Below, in pieces: positions 38,022 to 52,020 of a DNA stretch of 64,000 nucleotides. The translations under genes and the position numbers were made by a program. Location: assembly GCF_018350175.1 (NCBI RefSeq), contig NC_058382.1, positions 51,772,001 to 51,836,000 of the forward strand, written 5' to 3'. Under the pieces are notes generated by a model. It was not told the DNA's origin and did no database searches. It worked only from the letters and a program-made list of their open reading frames with translations. Each line of letters opens with the position of its first letter. The stretch's first letter is position 1. The stretch is from Felis catus (lineage: Eukaryota).

Positions 38022-41000
38022 ACTTAGACTGTATGTGAGCAGGGGGAGGAAGAAACTTCTGTTGCCTTAACTGCTGAGAGATTCCTGGGATCACCTGTTA
38101 CAGCCGCGAGCCTTGCGTTTCCTTTCCTGCCCCCAGAGGGCATCTGACGTCCCTGCATCCCCAGGCTGTGCCCGCCTCCTCCCTCCGCTGTCCCCAGGGA
38201 GAAGGAGGCACGGGCCCTGGAGGCAGACAGTCTACATCCACGGCTCACCTCCTCGGGCAGGGGGGCAGGGCTACTCAGCGTCTCAGTTTCCTCATTCACG
38301 TAACGGGAAGGATAACGGTACATTTACTCCTCAGTGGGTTTTTGTGTCTGCCGACTGGGTTGATGCTTAGGAAGCACCTCACATAAAACCAGACACGGAG
38401 CGTTAACTCTTGTCATTATTATGTGTTGCTTTGCTTGTCTTCTCCCTTCCCCCAACCTCCAAGCCCCCGCCATCAGAGCACCTGGGTCTTATCCTTTTTG
38501 TGCCTATTCCTTGCTATATAGTAAGTGCAGCAAACATTGGTGTTTCAAAAAGCTGTTGCAGGCCGTTCTTCTGTGTTCTAGAAAAGTTATTTGCTGAGCT
38601 GAGGAGAGCCCTGTCATTGAGTTAATCCCGGGGTGGGGGTGGGGGGAATCATTTCTCGGGATCTTGTAAATTCCAATCTATTAAGAGGCCCTCCATGTCC
38701 TTGCTCAGGCCGTCCAACGTTCTGCATATTTTTCGCAGATGTTTTTGTCTGCGTTTGGTGTCCATTACTCATTCGACGAGGCCCCCTCTTCATGGCCCTG
38801 GGGCCGCCCCACCCATCACCCCCTCCATCATTCTGTGGTCCAGCACGTGGTCAGTCTGTGTCCTTCAGCACCCCAGCTAGCAGGTACATGCATGAGACCT
38901 GAGAGCAGGAAGGAAAACAAAGACAGATACCAGCTTGGGCCGAACAAACCGTAGCTGCGTATAGAGTCTTTGAAAACATGACTCATGTAGCCGTCCGAAC
39001 GGCCCTCCCCCATTGGAACCCACTGGATAGCACTTGACAGTGAAGAGATGGGGCACGAACTCTAGAGACAGACTCCCTGCCCCACCTTCCCAACCACCCT
39101 AAGACTCAACTTCCTCGCCTGTAAAATGGAGGTGATGTTAGTGCCAGCCTTCGGTGGTGCTTGTGAACTTGGGGCGGTGCTTGGCACGTGATAAACACCC
39201 AGTGAAGCATAGGGATTACGATTTCCTAGGTTAAGAGGTCGGGTTTTGTTTCCAAGCCTGCAAAGTTAATTAGTAGGAAGGATCAAATCTGAATGCATGT
39301 GTCCAGGGCCAGGAACCCCCAATCCAGTGCCGCTGACAGTACACCACAGCCATGGCCTTGGGAAGGCGGGCACCTGCCCCCGTTTCTTCTGCCTGCCCCA
39401 CGTTGTACCCCGGACAAGGAGGACTTCACGAGAGCAAGACCTCCCGCCTCCCAGGATCTACAACACGAGGAAGCGAAGCCTCTGAAAATTTAAAGACAAC
39501 AAAGTGGCTCTGTCATCTCCTTCATGAATAATCAAAGGTACAAGAAGACATGCAAGGGCAGTGTCAGCACCAAGGGCTGCAGCCTGAGGACTCTGGGATA
39601 CCTAACACCCTGTCCTCTCAAGACCCCAAGAATAAGGCCCTCACCTTCCTAAATGTCACAGGTGCTTTGGTGAGCAATGCCTCACGTCTCTGCTCCTGGA
39701 AACCTCTGAGGCTGGCAGCCGGTGCTTGGATTCCCTACGTCAGCAGTATGCCTTAGGTTAAGGAGAAATATGTCTAAAAACACGTCTTCTGAGGGACGTC
39801 TGTGTCTGCAAAAGCCTCATTTGATCTTTACTCTAGCTGCTTTTAACTCCTTTACAGTAAATCATGACTGGGTCAAAGAAACCATCTTTATCATAAATAT
39901 TAGAAAGGTTAAATTTGGCCCCTGAGATGGGATTCGTGCATTCATTGGTCGTGGAATAAATGTATCAGTTCACAAGGGGATAAGGCCTAGATTAGAAGGA
40001 GCCCAGCAATTTCCGTACACCGTCCATGAGGCAGATACTATCACATCCTCGTTTTCACAAAGAAACGGAGACACAGAGAGGTTAAGTAACTTGCTCCCAC
40101 TCCCACAGCTATGCAGAGGAAGAGCTGGTTTATGAACTCGGGTCCCTTTGAATACAGGACCCACGTTTTCAAGTACAAGGTGGTGTTGACGGGTTGGCGA
40201 CACTGGTAGAGAGAGAGACCCTGCTTCTGCTTAGAGTGAGCTGGAATGGATTCCACTCCATGGGTTTGGTTGGTGGGGTTCTTCCCCCAAGAGCTGAGGA
40301 CAACCTGGGGTTGCCCAGGAACTCACGGCTCCTCAGGAAGAGGGGAGGATCTTCTTGGGACATGGGCAACTTCTTGAGGAGCCAGGCACATTCAGCACCG
40401 GAGCTGCCCTTGGTCCTGACCATCCAGCCGAAAGGAAGCCATGGCCGCCGGGTTGGTGCAGGCAGGGATGGTGTGATCTCTTCATCCCTGTATCCTGAGC
40501 ACCGAGCCAGGACCTGACACAGTGGTGTCAGGTTTATAGAGGGAATGAAGGAAGAAAAAGGAGAAGGAGGCAAGAACGGGGCCCAAAAAACAGCATTTAA
40601 GTTATAAAGATAGCATGAAACAAAAAGGTCCCGATTCTGGGGTCACCACTGGTTTTCATCCTAGCTTCTCTGGGGTCCAGGGGAGAGACCTCGAACAAGT
40701 ACTTTAACTTCACCGGACCTTGTTTCTTCATCTGTAGAAAATGGATGTAATACCTATCTCCTACTTTTTATATGGTGTTTTAAAAGAGCGTTACGGGACG
40801 GGCTTGGTATGCTATCTGGTGCGCAGAAAACTCAAGTGTCAGAGGCTCTCATTAGCGGTATTATTACCATCATGTTATAATTACTGTTATCTGATTAGAA
40901 AATATTATTCAACAGCACTCTGGCATTTACAGCCAGAAGCCAGTGGGCAGCAAATAGGACACTCAGCTGGCGGCTGGTTGTTGAAACCTGGGGCAGCAGG

Positions 41001-41604
41001 CAGCCCGCGCCGATCTCCGCCCCATCCGTGTATCTTTCCTGACGGCCGGCTGCACAGTGTCAGTGGGGTCGTCACACAGGCCCCGTCCCAGACATCACTC
41101 TCCTCAAACACGGAAGACATAATTAGACATTAAGGAGAATCTCGCTCTGTAATTCTAGCCCTTGGACACGTGCCGAGAACTCCAAACACACGAACTAGTC
41201 TTTGCTGAATTTATCCGACCCTGAGGACCCATCGACTTCCTAGCGACACACCCAAAGGGCGCACTTGCTTTGCAGAATATTATTGCCCTCATTAAGATGC
41301 CAAGTCAGTTCAGCTGGGAAAGAGTGAGATGCACAGCAAGGAGCAGGCTCGTCTGTTCTCACCGACGCCAGCAGGCTCTGGGTGCCCTCGCACCCCGCGG
41401 TGCACGCCATGATAACCACTGCTGCCCCTGACTCACCCCCCGTTCAACACGCACCTGGGCTTCTCAACTGTGCGATCGATCGGATAGCGAGGGGAAATGT
41501 GAACCCCACCTTTGCTCACCCAAGCTGGAGTCCCCCCACCCTGCCTCCACCCTTCCCGGCCCACACTCACCGCACTTGGTCATGACCCGCACCCCCCGCC
41601 TCTC

Positions 41605-41775
41605 TCGCATCTCTCTTTGCCTGGTTCTCTTTCCCTTTGTCTAGCTTTTTGTTTCTCTGTCTGCATCTCTCGTGCTTGCTTCTCGTTCTCTGTCTCTCTG
41701 CCTTTCAGTCTCTCTTCTTCCCTCTCTTTCTCCTTCCTTCCCTCTCTTCCTCTCTCTCTCTCCCCCACCCCCTCC
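41605..41775. repeat. CT-rich low-complexity tract
   Basis: Nearly pure pyrimidine on the + strand. Confidence 0.8.
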
Positions 41776-42899
41776 TGAAGCCTGCCGTCTCATAGATATG
41801 ATGCATATTTCCCAGAGGCATGTGGATCCCTGATGGCAGTGGTGATAGGTACTGTCGTAGGAATACAGAGTGCTGTGACTGTAGACCGTGGGACCCAAGC
41901 ACCTGGGACCCAAGCACCAAGGCACTCTGGGGATCAGAGGTGACTGTGCTTAGGAGGAAACTTAGAGCTGGTATCTAAGGATGAGCAGGAGACCGGGAGG
42001 TAAGAACGGTGAAGGGAGGAGGGATGGGAGGTTACAGGAATGGGCAATGACACGGAATCTGCACAAAGAAGTGACAGTGAATGATTGGCAGGTAAGTGAC
42101 CCCATAGCAGCCATGCTGACAGTCTCATCCTTATCCTTGTCCTAAAAGCCATGCGGAGTCGTAGAGGGTTTTGAGCAGAGATTTAACTCATGGTTGACAT
42201 TTTCATAAGCTCCTGTGTTGCCAGAGGGTGAATGGATTGAGGCTTTAGAAACAGCGTGTCTGCTGAGTGATTTCAAAATGGCTAAGTTCCAGGATGTTCG
42301 CTCCAACTCCCCTCATTAGAACAGTGAGAGGGAGGGCAGCAGCCAGGACTCCGTGCTTTGGGCTGCTATCGTCACGGTGTAACCCTGGGTGAGCCCTTTG
42401 CCATTGTTGTACCTCAGATTTACCTGTAAAATGAGGCAGACCCCCTGCTTCTTCTGTAAAATAAGGTAGAGTCAATATTTGATCAGGAAAATGAGGAAGG
42501 CCCCATGGTTTCTAAGGTCCTGTCCGTCCACTTCCCTTGGCGACCCTGTGTCTCCTTGTGATGTTTTCTTCTTTACCTTCGGGTTGCAAACTTCCTAACC
42601 TGTCTCTCTCGTCACCAGCACCCATTCCCCTAACCCTGGGCCCCCTTCTTTAAACTTTTAGAGAGTTAGAGAAACAGTTAACAACGGTTGTTTAGGCATT
42701 CCGTCTTTGGGGCAGACTTCCTGAATTTGAATCCCGATTTCTAGGACTTGTGACTTCGCTGTGCGTTACTTTCTTCGTGGATAACATGGGTGGTTCTACC
42801 CACCTCAGAGTAGTGGGAGCCCTGAACGGATCAATGGGTGTAAAACATTCAAATAACGCCTGGCCACCGTGAGTGCTGAATAAATGTCACCTAGTAAAA

Positions 42900-43320
42900 C
42901 TAGTGGATGCTGTGATGTGCCATCCGAAAGGCCCTTCAGGACTGAGGGGCCACTTCCCGTAGCTGCTGTAGGTGGGTTGCCTCCTGAGGACTGTGTCCTT
43001 CTCCAGGAAAAGCCCTCGGGGGAAGGGAGCTGCCTTGTCAAGTTTCCTGACCCTTGCTGGGGCGGCCTCTGTTCCCATCACTGTGGCTACTGTCCCCTCG
43101 CCCCAACCGCGACAACTCTGAAGGGCTAGCCCAGCTTTGGAGCAACTTGTGGGACGAGCTTAAGCATCTCTTGCGACCGTACCACAGCTCAACCCCCCCT
43201 TTCTGCCCAGTCCTGTTTCGCGCATTCCTTGGCAGATGCTCTTCCCGAGGGTACTCCCCAGTAAACACCCTGCATGCAGATCTCCACTCAGAGTCCTTCT
43301 TCAGGGAACTTGGCCCACGA
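42900..43320. mobile_element. LTR16-like ERVL solo LTR
   Basis: tagtggatgctgtg start and gtaaacaccctgcatgcagatctccactcagagtc...cagggaac end. Resembles the 17739 element. Confidence 0.6.
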
Positions 43321-43909
43321 TGATTACTGCAGCGACCGTTACTACGATCCGACATGGTATCTGGAGCCCATGCAAACCTGTTGGCCTACCTGGTCCATCC
43401 TTGAGAGTCTCAGCGATGGCCCCCATTTAGACCTTGCTGCAGAGCCCCAGACTCACTTAGTTCAGGAAGCTCATTTTCTCCTTTCTGAGAATCCTCCTAT
43501 TGTCTAGAAGTCTGCCGAGTGTCCAGAAGGAACTAACGAATGCTTACAGGTTGAGTATGTGGATGAATATGGGAGCGGGTGAATATCTGTCTTCTTCCCA
43601 AATCACTGGGGCTTCTCTTGGTATTAACAAACCCAGGATGTGTGCCAGCCCGAACATCGGAATACCTTCACAACACGGCCCTGAGCTGGGTAAATGGAGC
43701 CCCGGGCTTTAGTCTCCTGTGGTGGGCTTTGCCACCAGCATCAGGGAGAGAAAAGTGACATGATTCTGGGATCAGCTTAAAGAAGAGAAGCTCAACTGAA
43801 AGGTTAAAGGTGGATTTCTTTTGACCAGAGCAAGTTACTTAACCTCTTGGGACCCCACTTTCCTTGTCTTCATCATGAAGTGTTGATGTGAGCATTCAGA
43901 GAGTTGAGT

Positions 43910-44096
43910 CAGTGGTTTCCGAAGTGCGGTCCCTGGACCGTCAGCATCACCCGGGCACTTGTTAGAAATGCCAGTTCTTGGGCCCCGCGCAGACCTACTG
44001 AAGAATCAGAAACCGGGATGGGGCCCACAGTCTGGGTTTTAACAAGCCCCCCCCCCCGGGGGATTCCAGCGCAAGCTCGAGTTTTGAGAACCGGTG
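43910..44096. mobile_element. MER5A-like hAT-Charlie MITE
   Basis: cagtggtttccgaagtgcggtccctggacc...cacttgttagaaatgc...agacctactgaa...ttttaacaagccc...tttgagaaccggtg. Confidence 0.8.
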
Positions 44097-44609
44097 ATCC
44101 AGAGAGCTTCCTTAGAAGTTCGCGTGGAATTAGATGCCACTGCCTTGGTGTGATGGTGCTCCTCGAGGTGTAATCACATCGACTATGGATGTAAGGAACG
44201 CATTACTATTCGTTTCGGTCCACTGTACTGATACAGGCGAGTTTATGCTTATCACGGCCCAGAAGTTCAGAGTCTCGGACGCCAGACCCACCTGTGTTTG
44301 CCTGTCAGCTCTGGCAACTAACTGGATGGTCTGAACCCACTTGCTTAAGCTTTCTGAGTCCCTGTCCCCTTGTGTGCGAGACAGTGTCCCGCGGTTAGCA
44401 AGGTGGTAGCATCCTCGGCACGACGCCGGCCCCAGTGAGCACACGGTAAACAGCGCCCGTGATCACGTGCAACTCCCACCCTACGTCAGAGACGATAGTA
44501 ATGGAAGAATGATCTCGTACACGTTTTAGCATTTGCTAGGAAAAGCCGATGTATGTATGCCAGGGGTCCGTGTGCCACCTGGCACGCGATATCCACTTAG
44601 CTATTTTTA

Positions 44610-44835
44610 GTTTATTCTGTACTTCTTTTTAAGTTTATTCATTTTGCGAGACAGAGACAGTGCGGGTGGGGGGTGGTGGGCAGAGAGGGAGAGGATAGAG
44701 AATCCCAAGCAGGCTCCGCGCTGCCATTGCAGAGCCCGACGTGGGCTTGAATCCACGAAACCTCAAGATCATGACCTGAGTCGAAATCACGGGTTGGACG
44801 CTTAACTGGCTGAGCCACCCAGGCGCCCTCCACCC
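44610..44835 (-). mobile_element. CanSINE with TSD
   Basis: 17-bp TSD CCACTTAGCTATTTTTA at 44593-44609 and 44836-44852. Confidence 0.9.
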
Positions 44836-44925
44836 CCACTTAGCTATTTTTAATTGTGCTGCTGTCGGAAATGATGTTTTAATTGTCAAATTCCGATGTC
44901 CAACTTTTCAAATTTTGTGAATTTT

Positions 44926-45154
44926 TTTATTGAAACAATTTTTTTTTTTACGTCTTCTTTTATTTTTTGAGAGACAGAGAGACACAGAGCATGAGCAGGG
45001 GAGGGGCAGAGAGAGACGGAGACACAGAATCCGAAGCAGGCTCCAGGCTCTGAGCTGTCAGCACAGAGCCCGATGCTGGGTCTGAACCCATGAAAAGCGA
45101 GATCGTGACCTGAGCCGAAGTCGGATACTCAACCTCCTGAGGCACCCGCCCCAT
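44926..45154 (-). mobile_element. CanSINE with TSD
   Basis: TSD CAA(A/G)TTTTGTGAATTTT at 44909-44925 and 45155-45171. Confidence 0.9.
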
Positions 45155-47446
45155 CAAGTTTTGTGAATTTTGTGTATAACGTGTATTATAGATACGTAAA
45201 ATTAGGCATGGAAATCCATTTTGTTCTTAACTTTTTCACAAGTATGCTGTCGAATGCCTTGTACCCATTTTTTAATTTATGCTCACAGCAACTCTGTGAG
45301 GTATATACTATGATCATCAATGCATTTTGAGATTTAGGAAACTGAGGCTTGCTTAGGAAACTGAGGCGGCTCTCCAAAGTCGCATGCTTGGCAAAGATGG
45401 AAGTACAGAAATCACGGTCAGGTGGGTCTTTCTCTAAGCCTGTGTTTTAAACCACTAAGGGAGACGAGGAAGGTGACAGCAGGTATGGGTCTACCCATCT
45501 GCTCAGTGCTTCTGCCTGTTGTCTATTTTGGGAGCATTGAAGCTACCTTGTGACCAGCTGTCTTTTTCGATGGCATATAGGGTCACGTTGGCCTGAGAAG
45601 CCAGGTGGCAGTGGGAGGGCAGGAGTGAAGCTTGGGTGGGGGTGTGGGGGGGGAGAGCGTTACTCCTCACTTGTCCGGAGCCCCGACAGAAGGTGGATCC
45701 CAGTAGGGTGGCCAGATTTGGCCAATACAGATTTTATCTGGCAATCCGTATTTCCCAGGGGCCCCCGAGTTCTCCCACAAAAAGTTCTGAACCTTCCAGG
45801 GAATTAATTACACCGGTGAGGCTGAAATCCTGGATTTGAGGCGATTAGGGGATACATCCAGTCAGGAATGCATTAAGGACGGCAAATATTTTAAGCCTGG
45901 AGAAAAGGCACTGAAAGGAGCCTTGTTCTCTAGAGCCCATCCCCACGATGCGAAGCGGCTGCAAGTTCAATGCCAAGACCCAGCCTCCCCTTCAGGGCCA
46001 GACAGAGGCCAGTCTTACTCCCTGCTACTCAGGGCTCTCCTGTAGCCTCAGGATGCCGCAGCATGGAGAGATGACAGCACCTTGAAGCCCGGGGCTGGGA
46101 AGGGGGACAATCGTGGGGATGGAGCCTCCTCTGACAGCAAGTGCACGACGCAGGCAGTGGATCCTATCTATGCACCCGGCAGACCTTCACTGGGCGTTTA
46201 CTATGTGCCAGGCACCACGGCGGGTGTCTAGAATGCAGTGGCACATAAGGGAGACAGGCACAGAACCAAATGGCAAACAGATACCTATATACATATACCC
46301 TATTTTCTAAACATGTGTATGCGTATGTGTATATATACGGATATAGATGCACATTTTGTTTGTATAAATACACGCATGTTACAAGGTATTATGTAGTATT
46401 TATTGTTACGTAGTATAGGTAATTATATAAATATCCTATATTATATATAATATTTTACATCTCTAAAAAGAAAGGCTCAAGATGCAGAGAGGGTAAACAG
46501 GAAGAAAGATGCAGATTGAATCTTCAAAGACGACCTCCCTGAGTGAATGACATTTAAGCAGAGAAAAGGAGGCGATTATGTCAAAAGCAGGAAGCTCACT
46601 GTGGGCTTCAGGAAGCAGCACACACCCCAGGCAGGAATAGCTGATGGCCCTAAGTCACTGGAAGAGGGCTGTCCTCCTTGTCTAGTCACAGAGTCGGCTT
46701 GCTGGGGTCCAGGCTGCGACCCGCTAGGGCTGTGTGGCAGACATCCAGACGCCACCCATATACCACATCCCTGCCCAAGGTCGGCGCGCAGTTCCGATTC
46801 ATGCCGGCACTCACCGAGGTCATTCTCTCGTTTGAAGTTGGCCCTTGCATGGGTAGGCTGGAAGCATCTGGGAGTTACTGACCCGGGAGCATCCCTCAAC
46901 TCATGAGCAAGGGGGTTGGGGGGCAAATTCCTGAGCTTCCTCCCCTCTTGATGGGATGATGAGTATTAGCATTGTCCACACGGTCTCTCGTCCCCACCAG
47001 CGATGGGTCCAGCTGTTCACCGGGGGGAGCCATTTTACAGGCTTCCCTCCCTCCCCTGCCTCTCTGCCCCACTTCCTCCTTCTTCCTCCCATCTTTGCGA
47101 TCGATTCCCAAAGAAGCCGCACGCACACAGATCTGCATCTTAGGGTCTGCTCTGGGGGAACCAAACCATCTAACAAGTCATTCGTGATCAGCCAAAGGCT
47201 AACTCAAGCCTCCCCTGCCCAACATCCACTCCCACCAACCTCCGTATCTCCCGCCGTGCCCCTCTGCCCACCTTCCCCTTGGAACCGCACGCTTTTCGAC
47301 CTGACAGCCCTTGCTGTTCCCTTCATCCCTCGGCCTGGAAGGTTCCTGGTCATCATTTAAATGTCACTTCCTCTTAGAAGGCTTCCCTGCTCTCCCATCT
47401 CTACACCTTCGATGTTGTTTTACTGATATCGCTTTGGCCAAACTCT

Positions 47447-47475
47447 ATCCATCCATCCATCCATCCATCCATCCA
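47447..47475. repeat. (ATCC)n tetranucleotide repeat
   Basis: Read directly from the sequence. Confidence 0.9.
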
Positions 47476-48037
47476 ACAGCTATGTACTAACTACCTCCAT
47501 ATACCAAGCACTAGCATGCCACAGTGCCCACGAGTCTTCCTGTCTAGATAGATCTTCTTGAGGTCAGAGTGGATCATTAGGCATCTCTGTGTTTCTAGCA
47601 CATAACACGGGGTCCAGGCTGGAGTGGGCGCTTGGGAGACACTTGATCAAATTAAACTGGTAAACGTCACCTGTTCCAGGCAGACAGCATCTGTGTAACG
47701 ATGATGAGGTTTTTAATTGTGCAGAGGAGGATACATTTATTAAGTATGTAGAACTAATAAATGAGTCTGTTTTCATCAAATTGCGAACTACATGTAGACA
47801 CAGTTTCATTACTTAATATGGCTTGTAAGCCATTAAACCAGCGACCATGTTTGATTTACCAATACCAAAATGAATTCTTCAAAGCAAAATGCCCGCAGCA
47901 CACTCTGCCTTATTAGTCTGTGGATCACAGAGTCTGAAATGCACGCTTTCCATTCCAATCGTCTCTTTAGAACTGTGCTAAGCGTTTTGACCTTGTAATT
48001 TCATACTGGTAGCGTTGCCATTTAAAATACAGGATGC

Positions 48038-48250
48038 GGAGCACCTGGGTGGCTCGGTCCGTCAAACGTCAGGCTTCGGCTCAGGTCGTGATCTCGTGGT
48101 TTGTGGGTTCGGGCCCCGCGTCGGGCTCCGTGCGGACCGCTCAGAGCCTGGAGCCTGCTTCGGATTCTGTGACTCCCTCTCTCTCTGCCCCTCCGCCGCT
48201 CGCTCTCTGTCTCTGTCTCTCTCAATAATCAAGAAACATTAAATAAATGA
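48038..48250 (+). mobile_element. CanSINE
   Basis: SINE head and body with imperfect flanking repeat AAAATACAGGATGC / AAAACACATGATGC. Confidence 0.9.
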
Positions 48251-50961
48251 AAACACATGATGCAACCCTACCTACTGGCAATCTCTTCTCCAGAAAGATT
48301 CAGAGAGTTCGTCACACAGGGACCCAGACTCTATTCAAACAATGAGCATTGACACTTTGTCCAACAATGTGCTAGACACAAAACATACAGCAGCGGATAA
48401 ACCAGATTTAGACTCTGCCTTCTGAAACTTACAGTCAAAGATCCATGTACAAAGGTGTTCATTGAAATACAGCTTACAGTAGTATGGCATTACAATTTCC
48501 TAGAAGACAGGGGTTGGTTAAAAGGCATTATAATAGACCTACACAATAGAAGATTCCCCAGGCATTCAAAATGATGAAGCTAGGGAATTTTTCACAACCC
48601 ACAAAAATGCTTACAATATGAGCCTAGTAAGAAAAAAAAATAATGAGGGCACACAGTGGTATATTCAGTGTGATTCCAGTTCTGTCAAGAATCAAATATA
48701 TACACATACATATTGCAAAAACTGCTGGCACAAAATGAGCCAGATTATGTCGAGTATTTATCTCTGAGATACGGCATTATGGTTGGTATTTTTAGAGTTT
48801 TCCGTATTTTCCAAATGTCATTCTTTACCATGGGCAGGAACATGTGTTGCTTTCATAATAATACTTTTTAAGGAGCTGAACAGAGAGCAGACTAGATCCT
48901 TCCACTGCACAATGTGGCACTTCCTCCTCTCCCACATCAGAAGAGCTTACCAAGATGTTCGGAGTTTATGCTGTGCTTAGGGAAATAATAGCCTCAATCT
49001 TGCCAGGGGCTTTTGGGGAATGAGGAAGCAGACAGGAAACTCAGAAACCGTAAGTGGTTTATGTTTAGCTCCCTTGTGGACTGCAACCTATAAATATTTA
49101 GTGGACAAAAGCAGGGGGTGTGCGAGAGGGGGACGGGAGACAAAAGCCCAGCCATCCACCTCTCCCTCTATCCCCCGTGCTTCTGACATACACACATGTG
49201 GTCCTCAAACTGGGTTGCCCTGATACTGTTCCAGCAATGCATCTCAGAACCTTGGCAATAATGGGCCCATGTGCATGCTTTTCCTCTGAGGATGCATACT
49301 CTGCCTGCCCACCAGAGTGTGGACTTGAGAGAGCTCTAAAAACGTATCATGCGATACAACTTGCCGTGTGTAAAGTGAGAAGGTTAAATGGAGGCTGTTG
49401 CCTAAAGAAAAACACCTATTTACTGGGCCATGCAAGACATTTGGCTCGTGCGGACATGTAAAGAGAGCCCGATCAGCCACTAAGCGGTTCTGAAATCAAG
49501 CGGCGAAACCCAGGAGACCGGGGGATGACCGCGTTGGCTTTTCAGAGAGTGTGCAATATTGCTAGGCCGTGGTCGGGAATAGCAATGCGATTTCTCCCCA
49601 CTTTTGTAGTGTTCTGCTCATCTGTTTGATCTGTTCGAGTTCTGTTATGCAAAAGTAGGCTGCAAACACAGAAATACCTAGAACTGCCAGTGCAGAAGTG
49701 GAGGGAGGTGGTCCCACCATGCCACAATTCAGAGGATTTTCATCCTACCAGCTGTCATCCACTGGATGTAGTTCTATTTGCCAGTGACAAGACACTAAAG
49801 GGATTGGACACGGTCAGGCTGGAAAAAAGAAGGTTCAGGATGTGAGAATGATGTTAGAGCGATTCAACAGAGTAGTAATACGGGGTGTGAGCCCCCTCAA
49901 GTGTATTGTTTTGTGCGCCATGACTCCCGGAAGCAAAATCTACAGGGATTGAGTAATACACTCAGAGCGCAATACCCCAGAGCGCAATATAAATGGGACC
50001 TTCAGAACCATTAGAGTTGCCCCCAAACAGAATGGGCGAACTGGGGAGGCCATCCGTTCTCCATTTCCGTCTCATCAGTTTTCATCCTGGAAGGACAGAG
50101 CGGGAGCTGGGTTGGGCTTTCTGCACTAGATTAGAGGGTGGAGGACCTAGAACATCTTTAGGTCTTGAAGACCGTGAATCTCGGCTTTCGATGCTCTTCA
50201 TGTTCATACCTTCTTGTCCCCCTGTGTGTGACGGCCCAGTCGGAGAGCTTGTTGGGGAAATGCAAGAGGAGTCAGAGTCCTTAACCATAATATTAGCAGG
50301 TGCAGGCAGGATGGCCAACCCTTCATGAGATGGCATCCGTCACGCCTCACACCCGAGGGGCGGGCACCATCACCACACACGTGTGTGCAAAACGAACGTT
50401 CTGCAAGCTCACGTGAGCCGCACACTTCCCGAAGGCTAGTAAGTACAGTCAGGGGTATTTTGTAGTCAATCCGTGTCCAGAGCCTGCTGTCTGCTCCTTG
50501 TATTCCTAGAAGTCTACTACGGTGCGCGGCACAAAATAAGCATGCACAGAGCATAACACGTTGATTTATGTGCTGAATGGAACAAAAGCTAAATGTAAAG
50601 CTTGTCAAACTGCAAAAATGGATACCATGAAAGGAACAGGATGTCGCCTTCCTGAGATGTATCAAAGAAGGAAGAGATGTCAAGAGATTTCCACCCATTC
50701 ATTCATTCCCACACTTACGAACACCTTCCATGTGCCTGGTGCTGTGCAAAGGTGGGAGGGGGTCCCAGGAGTGTCCATTAAGGATCTAGTGTTGGGCCTC
50801 GTGGTGTCACTGTAAGAGAGAGGGCTTGATCAACAACACTGAGGGTGGAATTCATTTTATACTTGTTGCGTTTACAAAGAAAGTCAGTCAACTTTGAAAG
50901 TTTGCTGTTGATTTGAAACAGCAGGACAAAGCGCCGGGAAGGGAGCTGCTCTTTAAAAAGA

Positions 50962-51166
50962 TTTTTTTTTTAACATTTATTCATTCTTGAGAGTCAGAGT
51001 ACAAGCAGGGGACGGGCAGAGACAGAGGGAGACACAGAATCCAAAGCAGGCTCCAGGCTCTGAGCTGTCAGCACAGAGCCCGACGCGGGGCTCGAACCCA
51101 CGGACCGTGAGATCATGACCTGAGCCAAAGTTGGATGCTCAACTGACTGAGCCACCCACGCTCCCC
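50962..51166 (-). mobile_element. CanSINE
   Basis: Reverse-complement SINE with a TGCTCTTTA flanking repeat. Confidence 0.9.
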
Positions 51167-52020
51167 TAGTGAGGTGCTCTTTAGAGACAGCAGGTCTGAG
51201 GACGGAGAGGGAAAACATGTCAAGCAGACGGGACTGAACGTCCCTGTGGGAATCCCCATCGGGAGACCAGCCTCTGCCCTTCGCTTCCCCACAGGCCCGA
51301 AGATTGAACGTCCTCTCATCCAGAGCCATTCACTGCCACCCTCCCGCTGGGATGGGCTCTGCAACACCCAGTTCAGACCCTCAGCCGAGGGGTTTGAAGC
51401 CACAGGAAGTCCCGAGGTCTGATCTCTGAGGGCAGGCAGAGGAGAGCAGTGCTTTGAGAATTTGGGTATTTCGTGCCCTGGGGCAAATGCTTTCCAGTGA
51501 AGTCGTTGATCGCATCAGAAGGTCGGGCTCCTGTTCCTGTCGGGAGACCCGGTTAATGAGGGGCCTTCAATGAACAGGGATATCAGGAAAAGGCGCGCAG
51601 GCAGACCCCTGAGTCGTGGAAACTGTCATCTCAGATGAGGGCACTTACTTTCTGCCAGTCTCTGATGCACCTTGGTTCCCAAATCTCTGCGGTTGGGGCA
51701 CAGGCAATATAGCAGAGGCACAAAGACGGGAGGAGGGATGTAAGCTTATACTGCCTAAGCCGCCACTTGGTACTCAACCCCAGGCAGAGCCTTCTCCATA
51801 TACTATTTAATACTCAGGTCAATGCTGTGCAGCGGGTAATACGATCCCAACGTTAGAGATGAGCTGTCTGTTCAGAGTACTCGGGCCACCGTCCCTCCAG
51901 TAATGAGTGGTAGGTCCAAGGATCAAACTCCGGGTCTCACGGAGGCCTACACCTTGGCTCTCCTCTCCTGGCCACCTGGATTTACCTTGACTTAACATGA
52001 AGGTGGCTACCCTCATAGGG

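Noticed and set aside
42089..42097. Perfect donor CAG|GTAAGT as part of a VAT1L exon 4 or a recursive site
   Set aside because: It lies in purine-rich L2-like sequence with no polypyrimidine tract, and no frame nearby continues the MDR sequence.
14028..49990. Short two-copy direct repeats (14028-14051, 41890-41918, 45334-45367, 49963-49989) as CRISPR-like or regulatory arrays
   Set aside because: Only two copies each and unrelated to one another. These are ordinary local microduplications in eukaryotic DNA.
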